From Camelus dromedarius (lineage: Eukaryota), in contig NC_087437.1 of the NCBI RefSeq assembly GCF_036321535.1, forward strand, positions 72,852,001 to 72,916,000: 64,000 nucleotides of DNA, given 5' to 3'. The notes under the pieces are model-generated. The model was not told the origin of the DNA. It saw only the letters and a program-made list of their open reading frames with translations, and made no database searches. The translations under genes were made by a program, and so were the position numbers. Shown one piece after another: positions 62,850-64,000 of this stretch. Every line of letters begins with the position of its first letter. Within the stretch, counting starts at the first letter, position 1.

Positions 62850-63260
62850 TCTTTCATTTGTTACCTTCTTGAGTGTCCACTATCTGTTGGGCACTGGTGC
62901 TATGTGCTCAGGGAGGAAGCAGTTACTAAGAAAATAATCACACCAACACATAGATGATGATGAATCATGAAAATGCTAAGAAGGACAATGAAGGCTATAA
63001 GGAGAAACTAAAACAGGGTCCCTCATTTAGATTATGGAATCAATGAAAGGCCCCTCTGAGGAAGCAGCATGAGGCAGGAGCAGGGGGTAGACAGGAAGAA
63101 ATTTCAGGCAGAGGGACAGACTGAGCCTGAGGTAACGAACAGCTAGGGGGAGTTACAAACAAACAAACAAACAGAACCACATCCAGCCCCGAGAGAAAAA
63201 CAGCAGGGAACAGGGCTGGAAGGCTCGCAGGCCTCACAGACCTTGATTGGGACTTTTAAT
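62850..63260 (-). mobile_element. L2 fragment
   Basis: TTGAGTGTCCACTATCTGTTGGGCACTG...GAAAGGCCCCTCTGAGGAAG...TTTCAGGCAGAGGGACAG. Confidence 0.65.
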
Positions 63261-64000
63261 TTGAACACATTATTATTCTTACTGTTTTATATCTTACTAA
63301 TTAGGGCTCTAACACATCTGGCTTGTGTTTTTAAAGTCTTCCCCTGGCTGCTCTGAGAATTTGTCTGGAGGAAATACGGGAGGTTTGTTTGTATTTGCTG
63401 TAACAGTGCATGGACGACTGAGGGTGGCTTGAATTGTCGTAAAGGAGCTGGGGACAAGTGGGCAGATTTCTGATGCATTTTGAGGGTAAGAATAACCAGA
63501 ACAATGACACAATGACAAAGTAAACTTTGTCTTCGCTATGCTGGAAGACTCTGGAAAGACAGAAGGGCATTCTTCCATTTCCACTCAGAGAACAGGCCTT
63601 TCCGCGTGGCAGCAGGCCAGCTGAGGCACTTCGGAGGACTATCGGGGGAGGCAGGGGAGGTGGGGGAGGACTGGGATCTCTCATGACTTGAAGATGGCGG
63701 AGGTGAGTGGTTTTATTCAATGTGTATTTTATTTCAAATAGATATGGTAGGGGCCAAGTTCTGCTGTCACAGGGCTGCCTGGAGACCGACAGACCTTTGA
63801 TGGAGGCCACTGTGAAGCCAGTGTGATGAGCCCTGACGCAGGGCCCCTGACTCCAGCATTCCACATAGAGCAGAGGCAGCTGCATGCCAGTGGACACAAG
63901 CTTGGACAGCCGGCACTTCGCCGACAGACTGAAATTTCTAGTCAGGGTGCCATCTCTTCTCAGCCGTTTCTATTCTCCTGCCATCTCTGGGAGGGAGAGG

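Noticed and set aside
63331..63897. 188-aa minus-strand ORF
   Set aside because: Non-ATG start, no recognisable domain, and the poly-Pro stretch comes from a G-run.

Overview
Mammalian nuclear DNA, most likely from a camelid, based on a tRNA-Ala-derived Vic-1-type SINE and cetartiodactyl-type L1 3' ends. I find no supportable protein-coding exon; the listed ORFs are chance ORFs, GC-rich ORFs or repeat-derived ORFs. A CpG island at about 6.2-7.9 kb is the promoter of a minus-strand gene. It shows two strong 5' splice donors (exon ends at 6858 and 7211), so bases 1-6857 are probably its first intron. The gene cannot be named from this window. From memory the exon resembles the RAPH1 5' UTR, but this is unverified. 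The remaining ~56 kb is upstream intergenic DNA full of transposable elements: MIR, L2, old and young L1, MLT1/MLT2 LTRs, two ERV1-type LTRs, MER5/MER20/MER44/MER91/MER113-like DNA transposons, and microsatellites. Repeat family names come from recalled consensus motifs, not from a search, and old-element boundaries are approximate. I did not find a convincing novel biological system. The best leads are: (1) a U3-only LTR promoter (5 phased CCAAT boxes, octamer, TATA) pointing toward the gene; (2) a MER41-like solo LTR; (3) three ~200-250 bp L1 3'-end insertions with near-identical 5' ends; (4) a G4 plus exon-terminal ATG first exon; (5) an unexplained ~270 bp insert inside an MLT2 LTR.
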